From Hyphomonadaceae bacterium (lineage in GTDB: Bacteria > Pseudomonadota > Alphaproteobacteria > Rhizobiales > Hyphomicrobiaceae), in NCBI GenBank assembly GCA_019747815.1, contig JAIEQJ010000056.1:17797-81796 (forward strand): a stretch of 64,000 nt of DNA, given 5' to 3'. Under the pieces are notes generated by a model. The model was not told the DNA's origin. It was given only the letters and a program-made list of their open reading frames with translations, and made no database searches. A program made the position numbers and the translations under genes. This document shows positions 28,003 through 38,700 of the stretch, in pieces. Position 1 is the stretch's first letter, and each line of letters starts with the position of its first letter.

Positions 28003-29208
28003 ATGTCCGTGGCAGCTTCGAGCCACATCGAAATTCAGGGGCATGTGAGCGCGGGCTTCGAGGCCCTGAGGGAGGCGTTCGTTGAAAACTTCTCCCACCG
28101 AAACGAGCTGGGAGCGGCATGCTGCGTGTACCACCAGGGCGAAAAGGTCGTGGACCTGTGGGGTGGGATTCGGAACAAGGAAACCGGCGAGCCCTGGGAG
28201 GAGGACACAATGGTCCTCGTGTTCTCGGCGACCAAGGGCTTGGCCGCCATGGCCATGGCGGTCGCCCACTCGCGGGGATGGCTCGACTACGAGGAACGCG
28301 TCTGTACGTACTGGCCGGAGTTTGCCCAACGGGGCAAGGAAAAGGTTACCGTCCGGCAACTTCTATCTCACCAGGCCGGGCTGTTTGCTTTCGATGAGCC
28401 GGTCGATAGGAGCGTTGTCGCCGACTTCGACCAGCTGGCGATGGTCCTGGCGCGTCAGAAACCAGCCTGGGAGCCGGGAACGCGCCAAGCCTATCACGCC
28501 ATCAGCCTCGGGTTTTACGAAGGCGAGCTGCTGCGGCGGGTCGATCCGCAACGCCGCAGCCTGGGACAGTTCTTCCAGGACGAAATCGCGTCACCGCTAG
28601 GGTTGGATTTCTACATCCGGCTACCCGAGGCGATCCCCAATTCGCGGCTCGCGACACTCCAGAGGGCCAGCCTGGTCAAGGCGCTGCTCGCCTTCCCGAT
28701 CCCGCTGGCTCTGGCATCGATCAATCCACGTTCAACCATATACCGCGCACTCTTCGTGAATCCGGGTTCCGCGCTGCCTCTTGACGACGAGCGCATCTAT
28801 GCCCGCAACCTCGAAGTACCATCCGGCGGCGGCGTTGGCACTGCCCGCGCGATCGCGCACGGCTACAGCGTGTTCGCCACAGGAGGCCGGGAACTGCAAC
28901 TGCGTCCAGGAACGCTGCGTGCACTGATAGCGCCGGCGGATCCGCCACTGCGCGGCTTCTATGACGAATGCATGAAGGGCGAGGCGCAGTTCTCCCTGGG
29001 GTTCATGAAACCCAGCCCGGGCTTCCCCTTCGGCCATCCGGGCGCGTTTGGAGCGCCCGGAGCTGGTGGTTTCCTCGGGTATGCTGATCCTCAAGCCGGG
29101 ATCGGCTACGCCTATGTCACCAACCGGATGGGTGTGAAAATCACAGGGGACCCACGGGACGTGGCGCTGAGAAACGCGCTTTCTTCCGTCACTCCAGAGG
29201 CAACATAG
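28003..29208 (+). CDS. serine hydrolase, class C beta-lactamase/esterase family (401 aa)
   Basis: ATG at 28003 with a purine-rich SD. S-x-x-K motif FSATKGLAAMAM. Family-typical length. Confidence 0.85.
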   Translation: MSVAASSHIEIQGHVSAGFEALREAFVENFSHRNELGAACCVYHQGEKVVDLWGGIRNKETGEPWEEDTMVLVFSATKGLAAMAMAVAHSRGWLDYEERVCTYWPEFAQRGKEKVTVRQLLSHQAGLFAFDEPVDRSVVADFDQLAMVLARQKPAWEPGTRQAYHAISLGFYEGELLRRVDPQRRSLGQFFQDEIASPLGLDFYIRLPEAIPNSRLATLQRASLVKALLAFPIPLALASINPRSTIYRALFVNPGSALPLDDERIYARNLEVPSGGGVGTARAIAHGYSVFATGGRELQLRPGTLRALIAPADPPLRGFYDECMKGEAQFSLGFMKPSPGFPFGHPGAFGAPGAGGFLGYADPQAGIGYAYVTNRMGVKITGDPRDVALRNALSSVTPEAT

Positions 29209-29310
29209 AGGGTGTCGTCGCACGAGCAGCCGTACTCGGCGAACTCACGAAGCGCGTCCGCTATTTCAAGGGCAGTAAACGGATCATCGGCATGGTCCGC
29301 AGCGAGCCGG

Positions 29311-29811
29311 TCACCGACCTAGACAGTTCTGGCATCCATCCCCGCTTCCATACCGCTCAGTTGGACCGAACGTTTTTTTCTCGGCGAACGCCGACAGAGC
29401 GGCCGCGGTCAATAGCAGCATCAGTTTGAGGACTTCCAGACCGATGTAGACGTTGTGCCAGGCACTTGGCGGGATTCGGCCACCGCGCATGATTTCGAGC
29501 ACCCTGACGTCGAGGATCGGCCGCACAACGAAGGTCTGTAGGGCCAAAGCGGCGGCGATTGCCAGCAAGCACATCAGCAATGCACCCCAACGGCTACCAA
29601 TCATCCCTCGCCAACCAGTCACAGTGGCAACGAACAAAGCGACAAGTGGCCATTCGATGAGCGACAACACGTGAAACGTCCACCGGCCGACGTCCAAAGC
29701 CTGCGCGAGCGGCAAGCTGGGAGCCAGGAACTTCGCTGGCGTCGCGACAAACGCTACGCCCAGCAACAACCCGGCCCAAACGAACAGCGCGGCCCCGAGC
29801 ACTCGGCTCAT
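29311..29811 (-). CDS. 4-TM membrane protein (DUF4149-like, 166 aa)
   Basis: ATG at 29811 (MSRVLGAALFVWAG) with GAGAGGG upstream. The track start at 29856 is a TTG. Confidence 0.55.
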   Translation of the reverse strand: MSRVLGAALFVWAGLLLGVAFVATPAKFLAPSLPLAQALDVGRWTFHVLSLIEWPLVALFVATVTGWRGMIGSRWGALLMCLLAIAAALALQTFVVRPILDVRVLEIMRGGRIPPSAWHNVYIGLEVLKLMLLLTAAALSAFAEKKTFGPTERYGSGDGCQNCLGR

Positions 29812-29945
29812 CTGCCCTCTCAAGACTGACCAAAGCCGCGATTGGCCGTTAGCCAAACACGACTGTCAAAAGCCGTTGCGACGACAAAGGCCGGAATGGC
29901 GACAGCCGATTGCAGGAGGGTTGGCGAAGGGTGCCGCCCCGATCA

Positions 29946-30380
29946 CTACCGGCAAACCAGCACCGGCATCGAGCTGAGTGTGAGCACCCTGGTGGCTTGA
30001 CTGCCCAGCAGGAGCTTGGAGAGGCCACGCCGGCCGTGCGAGGCCATCACGATCAGATCACACTCTTTGGCCTTCGCCGTCTCGACAATCGCCTCCGCGG
30101 GAAAACCATTGACGTGCACCGTCTCGCACGGAACCCCCTGGCTCCTTGCTATCGTGCTTACAGCTGAGAGTATCCACCCAGCATTCTCCGCCCCGGCCTT
30201 CTCATATTCTTCAACCGGGAATGCCACAGCCGCCTCGCCTGGCATCATGGCCGTCCAAGGCTCTGTCGCAGTTACGGCTGTAACCTTGGCCTTTAGCACC
30301 TGCGCCAGCGCCAAGCCTGCGGCTACGCCCTTCTCAGCTAACTCCGATCCGTCCGTCGCAATTAGAATGTGCTTGTACAT
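29946..30380 (-). CDS. universal stress protein, single USP domain (144 aa)
   Basis: MYKHILIATDGSELAEK...DLIVMASHGRRGLSKLLLGSQATRVL. Confidence 0.88.
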   Translation of the reverse strand: MYKHILIATDGSELAEKGVAAGLALAQVLKAKVTAVTATEPWTAMMPGEAAVAFPVEEYEKAGAENAGWILSAVSTIARSQGVPCETVHVNGFPAEAIVETAKAKECDLIVMASHGRRGLSKLLLGSQATRVLTLSSMPVLVCR

Positions 30381-30609
30381 CATGCTCTCCTGCAGTCTGC
30401 GGATCACAATTCGATGGCAGCTTTCCACGACACCACCAACCCGGCATTGACATGGAGCAAATTCGGGAACTCAAAGGCAGTGAGCCCGTCCGCGGTGACG
30501 AGGCATAGACCGACCTATGGCCGACCAAGCCGCGGCTCGGCGAGCGACAGCCATGTTCACGCGCACCGCCGAACTGCTTCAGGAAGCCGCAGGCTGTCGT
30601 CGAGTTGCT

Positions 30610-30623
30610 TTGACCTGGATCAA
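30610..30623. promoter_or_regulatory. Fnr/FixK-type box TTGACCTGGATCAA
   Basis: Perfect palindrome centred about 95 nt upstream of ATG 30712, the first gene of the Cys4/hemerythrin cluster. Confidence 0.6.
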
Positions 30624-30711
30624 AGGGTTGCCTCCTCACTGCGACAAGCATGGCTGCAGCAGCACTGGCGAGTGGAGGTGCAAGGTGAGCGATTTTTGTC
30701 TTAGCCGGCCG

Positions 30712-30960
30712 ATGCTCGACCGGGTTTTTCGTCAAGCAGAGCTTATGGATCGCGTCATGGCGCACGTCGGCGTCAACCCGGCCGTGGCAGCACGCGTGGA
30801 CAAGGGCGTTGCCTTCTACGAGGCGCGCACCAAATGCATTTCCTGCTGCCATGAGCGCGAATGCCGCAATTGGCTGCAAAGCGCAACAACACAATCCCGC
30901 CCAGCACCGTTTTGTCCCAACGCTGCATTCCTTAGAAGCTGCGCAAAAAGGAGCCGCTAA
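30712..30960 (+). CDS. small Cys4 protein (DUF6455-like, 82 aa)
   Basis: MLDRVFRQAELMDRVMAHVGV...CISCCHERECRNWL...FCPNAAFL. The track ORF from 30517 is an over-extension. Confidence 0.6.
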   Translation: MLDRVFRQAELMDRVMAHVGVNPAVAARVDKGVAFYEARTKCISCCHERECRNWLQSATTQSRPAPFCPNAAFLRSCAKRSR

Positions 30961-30985
30961 GGAGAACCAAGTCGGAGGAAGGCCC

Positions 30986-31579
30986 GTGGTTTCGCAAGCC
31001 CTGGACGATTTGCGCGCCGAGCATCGATGGATGACAGGACTTCTCGACCTGCTCCAAGGACAGATCCGGCTGGTCGCGGAAGACAGGCAGGCCGACGGCG
31101 GGCTGCTGCTTGAAATTGTCGAGTTCTTTGCGAGCTTCCCCGATCTCTTTCATCACCCAAAGGAAGACCTGATTCTGCGCCGGCTGGTCGCCCGCAGTCC
31201 CGCCGAAGCAAGTTCACTGCAGCAGCTCGAAATCGAGCATGAGGAAGGTGGCCGCGAGTTCAAGCGCTTCATGCGCACCGCCATCAGGCTTGTGCTCGAT
31301 CCAGAGGTTGATCCCGATAGATTCCTGAGTGCCGCCCTGGCGTTCATGGAAAGCGAACGACGCCATATGGCCTGGGAAGAAGACAACCTCTTCAGAACCG
31401 CAGAGCATTTTCTCTTACCCGAGGATTGGCACGACATCGACACCCAACTCAAGTGCTTTATCGAGCCACTTCGCAAGCAGGAAGGACGCAGTCGTTACAA
31501 GCGCATCAGCCGCTCCGTCGGATGGTGGCGCGCCGGATCGTCTGCCGCCTCGGCCTTGCCCCACGACGAGCCGACTTGA
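30986..31579 (+). CDS. hemerythrin (HHE cation-binding) domain protein (197 aa)
   Basis: In-frame GTG at 30986 with GGAGGAAGG upstream. Motifs LRAEHRWM, FHHPKEDLIL, EIEHEEGGREF and ERRHMAWEEDNLF. Confidence 0.75.
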   Translation: MVSQALDDLRAEHRWMTGLLDLLQGQIRLVAEDRQADGGLLLEIVEFFASFPDLFHHPKEDLILRRLVARSPAEASSLQQLEIEHEEGGREFKRFMRTAIRLVLDPEVDPDRFLSAALAFMESERRHMAWEEDNLFRTAEHFLLPEDWHDIDTQLKCFIEPLRKQEGRSRYKRISRSVGWWRAGSSAASALPHDEPT

Positions 31580-31635
31580 TCGCTGATCGCTTCACATTCG
31601 AGCTTGGTTGCAATCTGACATGAACGGAGCATCAC

Positions 31636-32055
31636 ATGATCGATCTCAACGCCAGTCTGCGCCTTGCCGAACTTTGCCATCGGCTGCAACGTGCCTTATC
31701 TCCATCAACGTCAGCCGCAGAGGTGCCCGACTGTGTCGTGCAACTGCCGTGCCCTGCGGAAGACAGCCAACCCGGCGTTGCCGATTTGCGCGCCCTGCAG
31801 GGATCCCATCCGGGACCGGGCGAGCTGCTCCCTCGCCGGCTTGAGCGATTGGGCCTCGATCCCCAGTACTTGATGCTCTTTCACATGCCTGCTTACCGGG
31901 ACCTGAGGAAAGTCTGTGCGTCCTGCAAGTCCTGGCGGACCTGTGCTCGCGACCTTGCCGGAGACGACGCTCAATCGGGCATGGAAAGCTACTGCCTTAA
32001 CGCGCCGAGCATCGACGAGCTGGTTCTCGAACGATCGGGGAGGCCAGGCCACTAG
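31636..32055 (+). CDS. second Cys4 protein with a DUF6455-like C-terminal half (139 aa)
   Basis: GGAG SD. The C-terminal half (LERLGLDPQYL...CASCKSWRTCARDL...YCLNAPSI) parallels the 30712 protein. Confidence 0.55.
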   Translation: MIDLNASLRLAELCHRLQRALSPSTSAAEVPDCVVQLPCPAEDSQPGVADLRALQGSHPGPGELLPRRLERLGLDPQYLMLFHMPAYRDLRKVCASCKSWRTCARDLAGDDAQSGMESYCLNAPSIDELVLERSGRPGH

Positions 32056-32066
32056 CCGCCGCGCCT

Positions 32067-32765
32067 CTAGATCCTCGGGTCGTCGATCAGTGGGTCCGGC
32101 TTGGCAAGTTCAGCGAGCGCAGCGCGATCGTTGATCTTGATGATCGGTCCTCGCACCTCGACCCCGATATCAGCCAATTCCGCGAAACTCCGTGAAAGGT
32201 TCTCTGGACGCATCCCAAGCAAGTGGGCGAGCGCCCGCTTCTCGATTGGGATCGTGAACGATCCAAGCCGCCCACATTCTTCGTCGTGCGCCAAGATCCA
32301 ATTGGCGAGACGCTCGAGGCTTGTTCGCAGACGCTGATTTTTCAGGTCCTTGACGATGCCCCGATAGCGAACGGCCAGTTCCGCTACCACGGCGCGCGCG
32401 AAAGCCGGGTCCCTGTCGAAAACGTCCCGGACTGCTTCAGCGGGGATGAGTACGACCATCGACGCCTCCGCCGTCCTGGCAGACTTCAAATAGAGCTGAT
32501 CGAGAATCACCGCCGCGAGGATGAATGCGCCGGGCGGCTTCAGGAACGACAGCGTGGTCTCGCGCCCGCGGCTCTCCGAAGAGAACTCGATCGACCCCTC
32601 CACGAGCACGTGTAGGAAATTGGGCTTCTCGCCTTCGTGCAGCAGTGCGACCTTGTGCGGGAAACGCTGCACATAGCCGGCGGCGATCAGGGTCTCGAAG
32701 TGCGCCTTCTGCATGCCGCTGAAGAGCGGCAATGCGCGCACGATCTCAACGTCGGTCACCCGCAT
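32067..32765 (-). CDS. Crp/Fnr-family regulator without an Fe-S Cys cluster, NarR-like by position (232 aa)
   Basis: ATG at 32765 with AGGAGGAGGG upstream. cNMP-like domain and an HTH with E--SR (RPENLSRSF). Divergent from narK, as narR is in Paracoccus. Confidence 0.8.
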   Translation of the reverse strand: MRVTDVEIVRALPLFSGMQKAHFETLIAAGYVQRFPHKVALLHEGEKPNFLHVLVEGSIEFSSESRGRETTLSFLKPPGAFILAAVILDQLYLKSARTAEASMVVLIPAEAVRDVFDRDPAFARAVVAELAVRYRGIVKDLKNQRLRTSLERLANWILAHDEECGRLGSFTIPIEKRALAHLLGMRPENLSRSFAELADIGVEVRGPIIKINDRAALAELAKPDPLIDDPRI

Positions 32766-32801
32766 GATCCCTCCTCCTATGGCAATTAGGGTCTCTGGTG
32801 C

Positions 32802-32815
32802 TTGATAAAAGTCAA
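32802..32815. promoter_or_regulatory. Fnr-type box TTGATAAAAGTCAA
   Basis: Perfect palindrome only 37-50 nt upstream of the narR-like ATG, in an AT-rich stretch. Confidence 0.55.
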
Positions 32816-32919
32816 TTGAAAAGATGAGATAAAGCAATCACAAGCAAAGCATAATGCAAGTATGGAATTGCAAGGACATTTGTCCGCCCCCTCGCGAGTT
32901 CAACAGCGGCCAAACCAAG

Positions 32920-32933
32920 TTGACCCAGGTCAA
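32920..32933. promoter_or_regulatory. Fnr-type box TTGACCCAGGTCAA
   Basis: Perfect palindrome centred about 81 nt upstream of the narK ATG (33008). Confidence 0.65.
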
Positions 32934-33007
32934 TGAGGCCGCCTCGCCGATCTGAATACTTCCCGTCGCCAAGCACTTTTCAGGCGCGAGAGACGGGAAC
33001 CAATTCC

Positions 33008-35755
33008 ATGAATGATATTGCGGGCGTCCGCCGCGGCGATCAGAGCCGCGCCCTCTGGCTCTCGACGATCTCGTTCACCGTGTGCTTCGCGGTATGGACC
33101 ATCTTTTCCATCATTGGCGTACAGATCAAGAAGGACCTCGGACTCAACGACACTCAATTCGGGCTTCTCGTCGGCACACCGATCCTGACCGGGTCGCTGA
33201 TCCGCCTGATGCTCGGCGTCTGGACCGACCAGTATGGCGGCCGGATCGTCTACACCGCCGTCATGCTGTCGGCGGCCGTCGCTACATGGCTTCTCACCTT
33301 CGCCTATGACTATCCGACGTTCCTGCTGGCGGCGCTGGGCGTGGGCATCGCCGGCGGCTCGTTCGCCGTTGGGATCACCTACGTCTCAAAGTGGTATCCG
33401 AAAGAGAGACAAGGCACCGCGCTCGGTATCTTTGGCGCGGGCAACGTCGGTGCGGCCGTCACCAAGTTCATCGCCCCCTTCATCATGGTGGCTTACGGCT
33501 GGAAGGCAGTCGCCAACATGTGGGCACTGGCCATCGCGCTCATGGCTCTGGCCTTCTGGCTGATGACGAAAGACGATCCGCAGCTCGAAGCGCGGCGCCG
33601 CGGCGGCGCCAAGCCCGAATCGCTGCGTGCGATGCTCCAGCCCCTGAAGAACATCCAGGTGTGGCGGTTCTCGCTCTACTATTTCTTCGTATTCGGTGCG
33701 TTCGTGGCGCTGGCACTCTGGTTGCCTCGCTACCTGATCGGCGTCTATGGCCTCGACATCACCACCGCCGGCATGATTGGTGCGGCCTACTCGGTGCCGG
33801 CCTCGCTGTTCCGCATCTATGGCGGCGTGCTCTCCGACAAGTACGGCGCGCGCCGCGTCATGTATTGGACGTTCGGCGTGTCGGTGGTGTGCTGCTTCGT
33901 TCTTTCCTATCCGCCGACCGAATACATCGTGCAGGGCATCCGCGGACCAATGGCCTTCCGGCTCGAGACCGGCCTCTTCGCCTTCACCGTCATCGTCTTC
34001 ATCCTCGGCTTCTTCATGAGCCTGGGCAAGGCTGCGGTCTACAAGCACATCCCCGTCTACTACCCGCAGCATGTCGGCTCGGTCGGCGGCGTCGTCGGTC
34101 TGGTCGGTGGCCTCGGCGGCTTCATCTTGCCGATCCTGTTCGGCCTCATGAACGATCTCACCGGCGTCTGGCAAAGCTGCTTCATGCTGCTGTTTGCGGT
34201 TGCGGCACTGTCGCTCGTCTGGATGCACGTCTCGATCCGGGCGATGGAGAAGGGGGTTTACGGCGAGGAGCTCAAGAAGCTGCCCGAGCTGCCCGAGATG
34301 CAGGAGATCCACGGACCAAAGCAGGTCGGCGTGCTCGGGCCGCATCTCATCGAAGACTGGCGCCCGGAAGACAAGGAGTTCTGGAATACGAAAGGCCGGG
34401 CGATTGCCCGACGCAACCTGCTGATTTCCGTCCCTGCGCTGCTGCTGTCGTTTGCTGTGTGGATGGTGTGGTCCGTGGTGGTCGCAAAGCTACCGGCAAT
34501 CGGTTTCACCTACACGACGGACCAGTTGTTCTGGCTCGCGGCGCTGCCTGGGCTCTCCGGAGCGACGTTGCGCATCTTCTATTCCTTCATGGTGCCGATC
34601 TTCGGCGGCCGGCTGTGGACCACGCTGACCACCTGGTCGCTGATCATTCCGGCGCTCGGCATCGGCATGGCGGTGCAGAATCCGGCAACGCCTTACTGGC
34701 TGTTCCTGACGTTGGCCCTGCTGTGTGGCTTCGGCGGCGGCAACTTTGCGTCGTCGATGTCGAACATCTCCTTCTTCTTTCCGAAGGCTGAGAAGGGCAA
34801 TGCGCTGGCCCTGAACGCCGGTCTCGGCAACCTCGGAGTCAGCGTTGTTCAGTTCGTTGTGCCACTCGTCATCACGGCCGGCGTATTCGGCTGGCTCGGC
34901 GGCGAGCCGGTCATGGTCAAGGAGGCTGGCAACAGCGTGCCCATGTGGCTGCAGAACGCGGGCTACATCTGGGTGCCGTTCATCATCGCCAGCGCGTTCG
35001 CGGCTTGGTTCGGCATGAACGACATCGCGTCGGCCAAGGCCTCCTTCGCCGAGCAGTCGATGATCTTCCAACGTCAGCACAACTGGATCATGTGCTGGCT
35101 CTACACCGGCACCTTCGGCTCTTTCATTGGCTATTCAGCTGGCTTCCCGCTGCTCGCCAACACGCAATTCCCCGAGGTCAATGCGCTGGCCTACGCCTTC
35201 CTTGGCCCGCTCGTCGGCGCGCTTTCCCGGTCGCTGACGGGCTGGATGTCGGACAAGTACGGTGGTGGCCGCGTCACCTTTTGGGTATTCGTCGGCATGG
35301 CCGTGGGTGTCGCTGGCGTCCTCTATTTCCTGGGCATCAAGAGTTGGCCCGGCTTCTTTGCCATGTTCCTCTTCCTGTTCTTCGTCAGCGGTGTCGGCAA
35401 TGCCTCCACCTTCCAGATGATCCCGGCCATCATGCGCACGGAGATGGACCGGCTGATGCCTGGTGCGGATGCGGCAGCGCGGTTGCGACAGGGAGACAAG
35501 GAGAGTGCGGCGATCATCGGCTTCAGCTCGGCGATCGCGGCTTACGGGGCCTTCTTCATCCCCAAGAGTTACGGCACGTCGATCAGCCTGAGTGGCGGAC
35601 CGCAGGCGGCGCTGTGGGCTTTCCTGGTCTTCTACCTCTCCTGCATTGCCATCACCTGGTGGTTCTACACGCGGCGCGGCGGATTGCTGCGCGACATCGA
35701 GCGGGGCGGGCCGTCGCCGTCCGCTCGCTCGCCCGCCACTCAACCGGCTGAATGA
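33008..35755 (+). CDS. narK: fused two-module nitrate/nitrite MFS transporter (NarK1-NarK2 type, 915 aa)
   Basis: ATG at 33008 (MNDIAGVRRGDQSRALWLST). Two consecutive 12-TM NNP-family halves, immediately upstream of narG. Confidence 0.88.
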   Translation: MNDIAGVRRGDQSRALWLSTISFTVCFAVWTIFSIIGVQIKKDLGLNDTQFGLLVGTPILTGSLIRLMLGVWTDQYGGRIVYTAVMLSAAVATWLLTFAYDYPTFLLAALGVGIAGGSFAVGITYVSKWYPKERQGTALGIFGAGNVGAAVTKFIAPFIMVAYGWKAVANMWALAIALMALAFWLMTKDDPQLEARRRGGAKPESLRAMLQPLKNIQVWRFSLYYFFVFGAFVALALWLPRYLIGVYGLDITTAGMIGAAYSVPASLFRIYGGVLSDKYGARRVMYWTFGVSVVCCFVLSYPPTEYIVQGIRGPMAFRLETGLFAFTVIVFILGFFMSLGKAAVYKHIPVYYPQHVGSVGGVVGLVGGLGGFILPILFGLMNDLTGVWQSCFMLLFAVAALSLVWMHVSIRAMEKGVYGEELKKLPELPEMQEIHGPKQVGVLGPHLIEDWRPEDKEFWNTKGRAIARRNLLISVPALLLSFAVWMVWSVVVAKLPAIGFTYTTDQLFWLAALPGLSGATLRIFYSFMVPIFGGRLWTTLTTWSLIIPALGIGMAVQNPATPYWLFLTLALLCGFGGGNFASSMSNISFFFPKAEKGNALALNAGLGNLGVSVVQFVVPLVITAGVFGWLGGEPVMVKEAGNSVPMWLQNAGYIWVPFIIASAFAAWFGMNDIASAKASFAEQSMIFQRQHNWIMCWLYTGTFGSFIGYSAGFPLLANTQFPEVNALAYAFLGPLVGALSRSLTGWMSDKYGGGRVTFWVFVGMAVGVAGVLYFLGIKSWPGFFAMFLFLFFVSGVGNASTFQMIPAIMRTEMDRLMPGADAAARLRQGDKESAAIIGFSSAIAAYGAFFIPKSYGTSISLSGGPQAALWAFLVFYLSCIAITWWFYTRRGGLLRDIERGGPSPSARSPATQPAE

Positions 35756-35768
35756 TTGGGGACGACAG

Positions 35769-38700
35769 ATGAGCCATTTCCTCGACCGCCTCACGTTTTT
35801 CAACCGCATCGAAGGCGACTTCGCCGACGGGCACGGGATCACCACCAACGAGGATCGCCGCTGGGAGGACGGCTATCGCAAGCGCTGGCAGCACGACAAG
35901 ATCGTGCGCTCGACACACGGCGCCAACTGCACGGGGTCCTGCTCGTGGAAGATCTACGTCAAGGGCGGCATCGTCACTTGGGAGACGCAGCAGACCGACT
36001 ACCCGCGCACACGCCCCGACTTGCCCAACCACGAGCCGCGCGGCTGCTCCAGGGGCGCGAGCTATAGCTGGTATCTCTATTCCGGCAACCGCGTGAAGTA
36101 TCCGTTGGTGCGCTCGCGTCTGCTCAAGCTGTGGCGCGACGCACGCGCGCTGCGGGCACCCGTTGCGGCATGGGCTTCAATCGTCGAGAACCCCGCGAAG
36201 CGCGCCGCCTACACCAAGAAACGCGGCCTCGGCGGCTTCGTGCGCGCAACTTGGGATGAAGTCACGGAGATCATTGCCGCGGGCAACGCCTACACCGCCA
36301 AGACCTACGGCCCCGACCGTGTCATCGGCTTTTCGCCCATTCCCGCCATGTCGATGGTCAGCTACGCCGCCGGCTCGCGCTATCTGTCATTGCTGGGTGG
36401 CGTGTGCATGTCGTTCTACGACTGGTACTGCGACCTGCCGCCAGCTTCCCCGCAGACCTGGGGCGAGCAGACCGACGTGCCGGAATCGGCCGACTGGTAC
36501 AATTCTGGCTTCTTGATCATCTGGGGCTCGAACGTGCCCCAGACGCGCACGCCGGACGCCCATTTCTACACCGAGGTTCGCTACAAGGGCGCCAAGAGCG
36601 TCGTCATCTGCCCGGACTATTCGGAAGCCTCCAAGTTCGCCGATCTATGGATCTCAGTGAAGCAGGGCACGGACGCGGCCCTCGCGATGGCCATGGGCCA
36701 CGTCATCCTGCGCGAGTTCCATATCGACCGCAAAGCCAAGTACTTCGAAGACTACGTCCGCCAGTATACCGACTTGCCAATGCTGGTGCGCCTGGTGAAA
36801 CAGGGCGATCAGCTGGTGCCGGATCGGCTGCTGCGCACCTCGGATTTCGAAGGTGGGTTGGGCGAGACCAACAATCCGGACTGGAAGACCGTCGCGTTCG
36901 ACGAAACGTCCGGCGCGGTTGTCGTGCCCACCGGCTCGGTCGGGTTCCGTTGGGGCGAAAAGGGCAAGTGGAACCTGGAGGAGAGGAACGCCGCCGGTGC
37001 CGAGACCAGGCTGCGCTTGTCGCTCGACGACATCAAGGACGAAGTCGCCGCTGTCGCCTTCCCCTATTTCGGCAACCGCGAGCATGACCACTTCGCCGGC
37101 ACCGACCATCCAAGCGTCCTGGTGCGCAACGTTCCAGCAAAGCGCGTCAAGCTGAAGGATGGCGAGGCGCTTGTTGCCTCTGTGTTCGACCTGTTCGTCG
37201 CCAACTATGGCGTCGACCGTGGTTTTGGCGGCGAGCATGTGGCCAGGTCCTACGACGAAAACGTGCCCTACACTCCGGCATGGGCCGAGAGAATCAGCGG
37301 GGTGCCGCGCGATCAGATCATCCAGACCGCCCGCGAGTTTGCGCGCAATGCGGAGAAGACCAATGGTCGGTCGATGATCATCATCGGCGCGGCAATGAAC
37401 CACTGGTTCCACTGCGACATGAACTACCGCGGCGTCATCAACATGCTGGTGATGTGCGGCTGCATCGGCCAGTCGGGCGGTGGGTGGTCGCACTATGTGG
37501 GACAGGAGAAGCTGCGCCCGCAATCGGGCTGGCTGCCCCTGGCATTCGGGCTCGACTGGAGCCGCCCGCCGCGCCAGCAGAACTCGACCTCGTTCTTCTA
37601 CGCCCACACCGACCAATGGCGCTACGAGACGCTCAATATCGGTGAAATCTTGTCGCCTACGGCGCCGGCTGGGCCTTGGGATGGGACGCTGATTGATTAC
37701 AATGTTCGCGCCGAGCGCATGGGCTGGCTACCGTCTGCGCCGCAGCTCGAAACCAACCCCCTCGAGGTAGCGAAGCAAGCCGCGACCTCCGGCAAGGAGG
37801 TGAAGGACTACGTCGCCGGCGCCTTGAAGTCGGGTGAGCTGAAACTCTCCGGCCACGACCCGGACAACCCGAAAAACTGGCCGCGCAACATGTTCGTGTG
37901 GCGCTCTAACTTGCTGGGCTCCTCCGGCAAGGGCCACGAGTATTTCCTCAAGCATCTGCTCGGCACGTCGCATGGCGTGATGGGCAAGCAGCTGGGCGAA
38001 ATGGGTACGCAGAAGCCAAGCGATGTCGTCTGGCATGACGAAGCCCCGGAAGGAAAGCTGGACCTTCTCGTCACCCTCGACTTCCGCATGTCGACCACGT
38101 GCGTCTACTCCGACATCGTGCTGCCGACGGCGACCTGGTACGAGAAGAACGATCTCAACACCTCCGACATGCACCCCTTCATCCACCCGCTGACGGGCGC
38201 GGTGGATCCGCTGTGGGAGGCGCGCAGCGACTGGGAGATCTACAGGGCGATCGCAAGGAAGTTCTCCGAGGTCGCGCCCGAGGTGCTGGGCGTCGAGAAG
38301 GACGTGGTCCTAACGCCCATCCTGCACGATACGCCCGCCGAGATCGCGCAGGCCATCGACGTCAAGGACTGGCAGCGTGGCGAGTGCGAGCCGGTCGCCG
38401 GCAAGACCATGCCGTCGGTCACTGTCGTCGAGCGCGACTATCCCAACCTCTACAAGCGCTTCACGTCGCTGGGCCCACTCATGTCCAAACTCGGCAACGG
38501 CGGCAAGGGCATGGCGTGGAACACCGAGCATGAGGTCGACTTCCTCAAGCGCCTGAATGGCGTCGTCACGGATGAGGGACCGACCAAAGGGCTGCCCAAG
38601 ATCGAGACCGACATCGACGCCGCCGAGGTGATCCTGACGCTGGCGCCCGAGACCAACGGCGAGGTCGCCGTCAAGGCTTGGGCCTCGCTGGGCGGATTCA

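Noticed and set aside
30447-30460. TTGACATGGAGCAA upstream of the USP gene (ATG 30380), a possible twelfth Fnr-type box.
   Set aside because: The right half-site (AGCAA) has two mismatches to RTCAA. It is kept only as a note; the perfect box at 30610 may serve both divergent genes.
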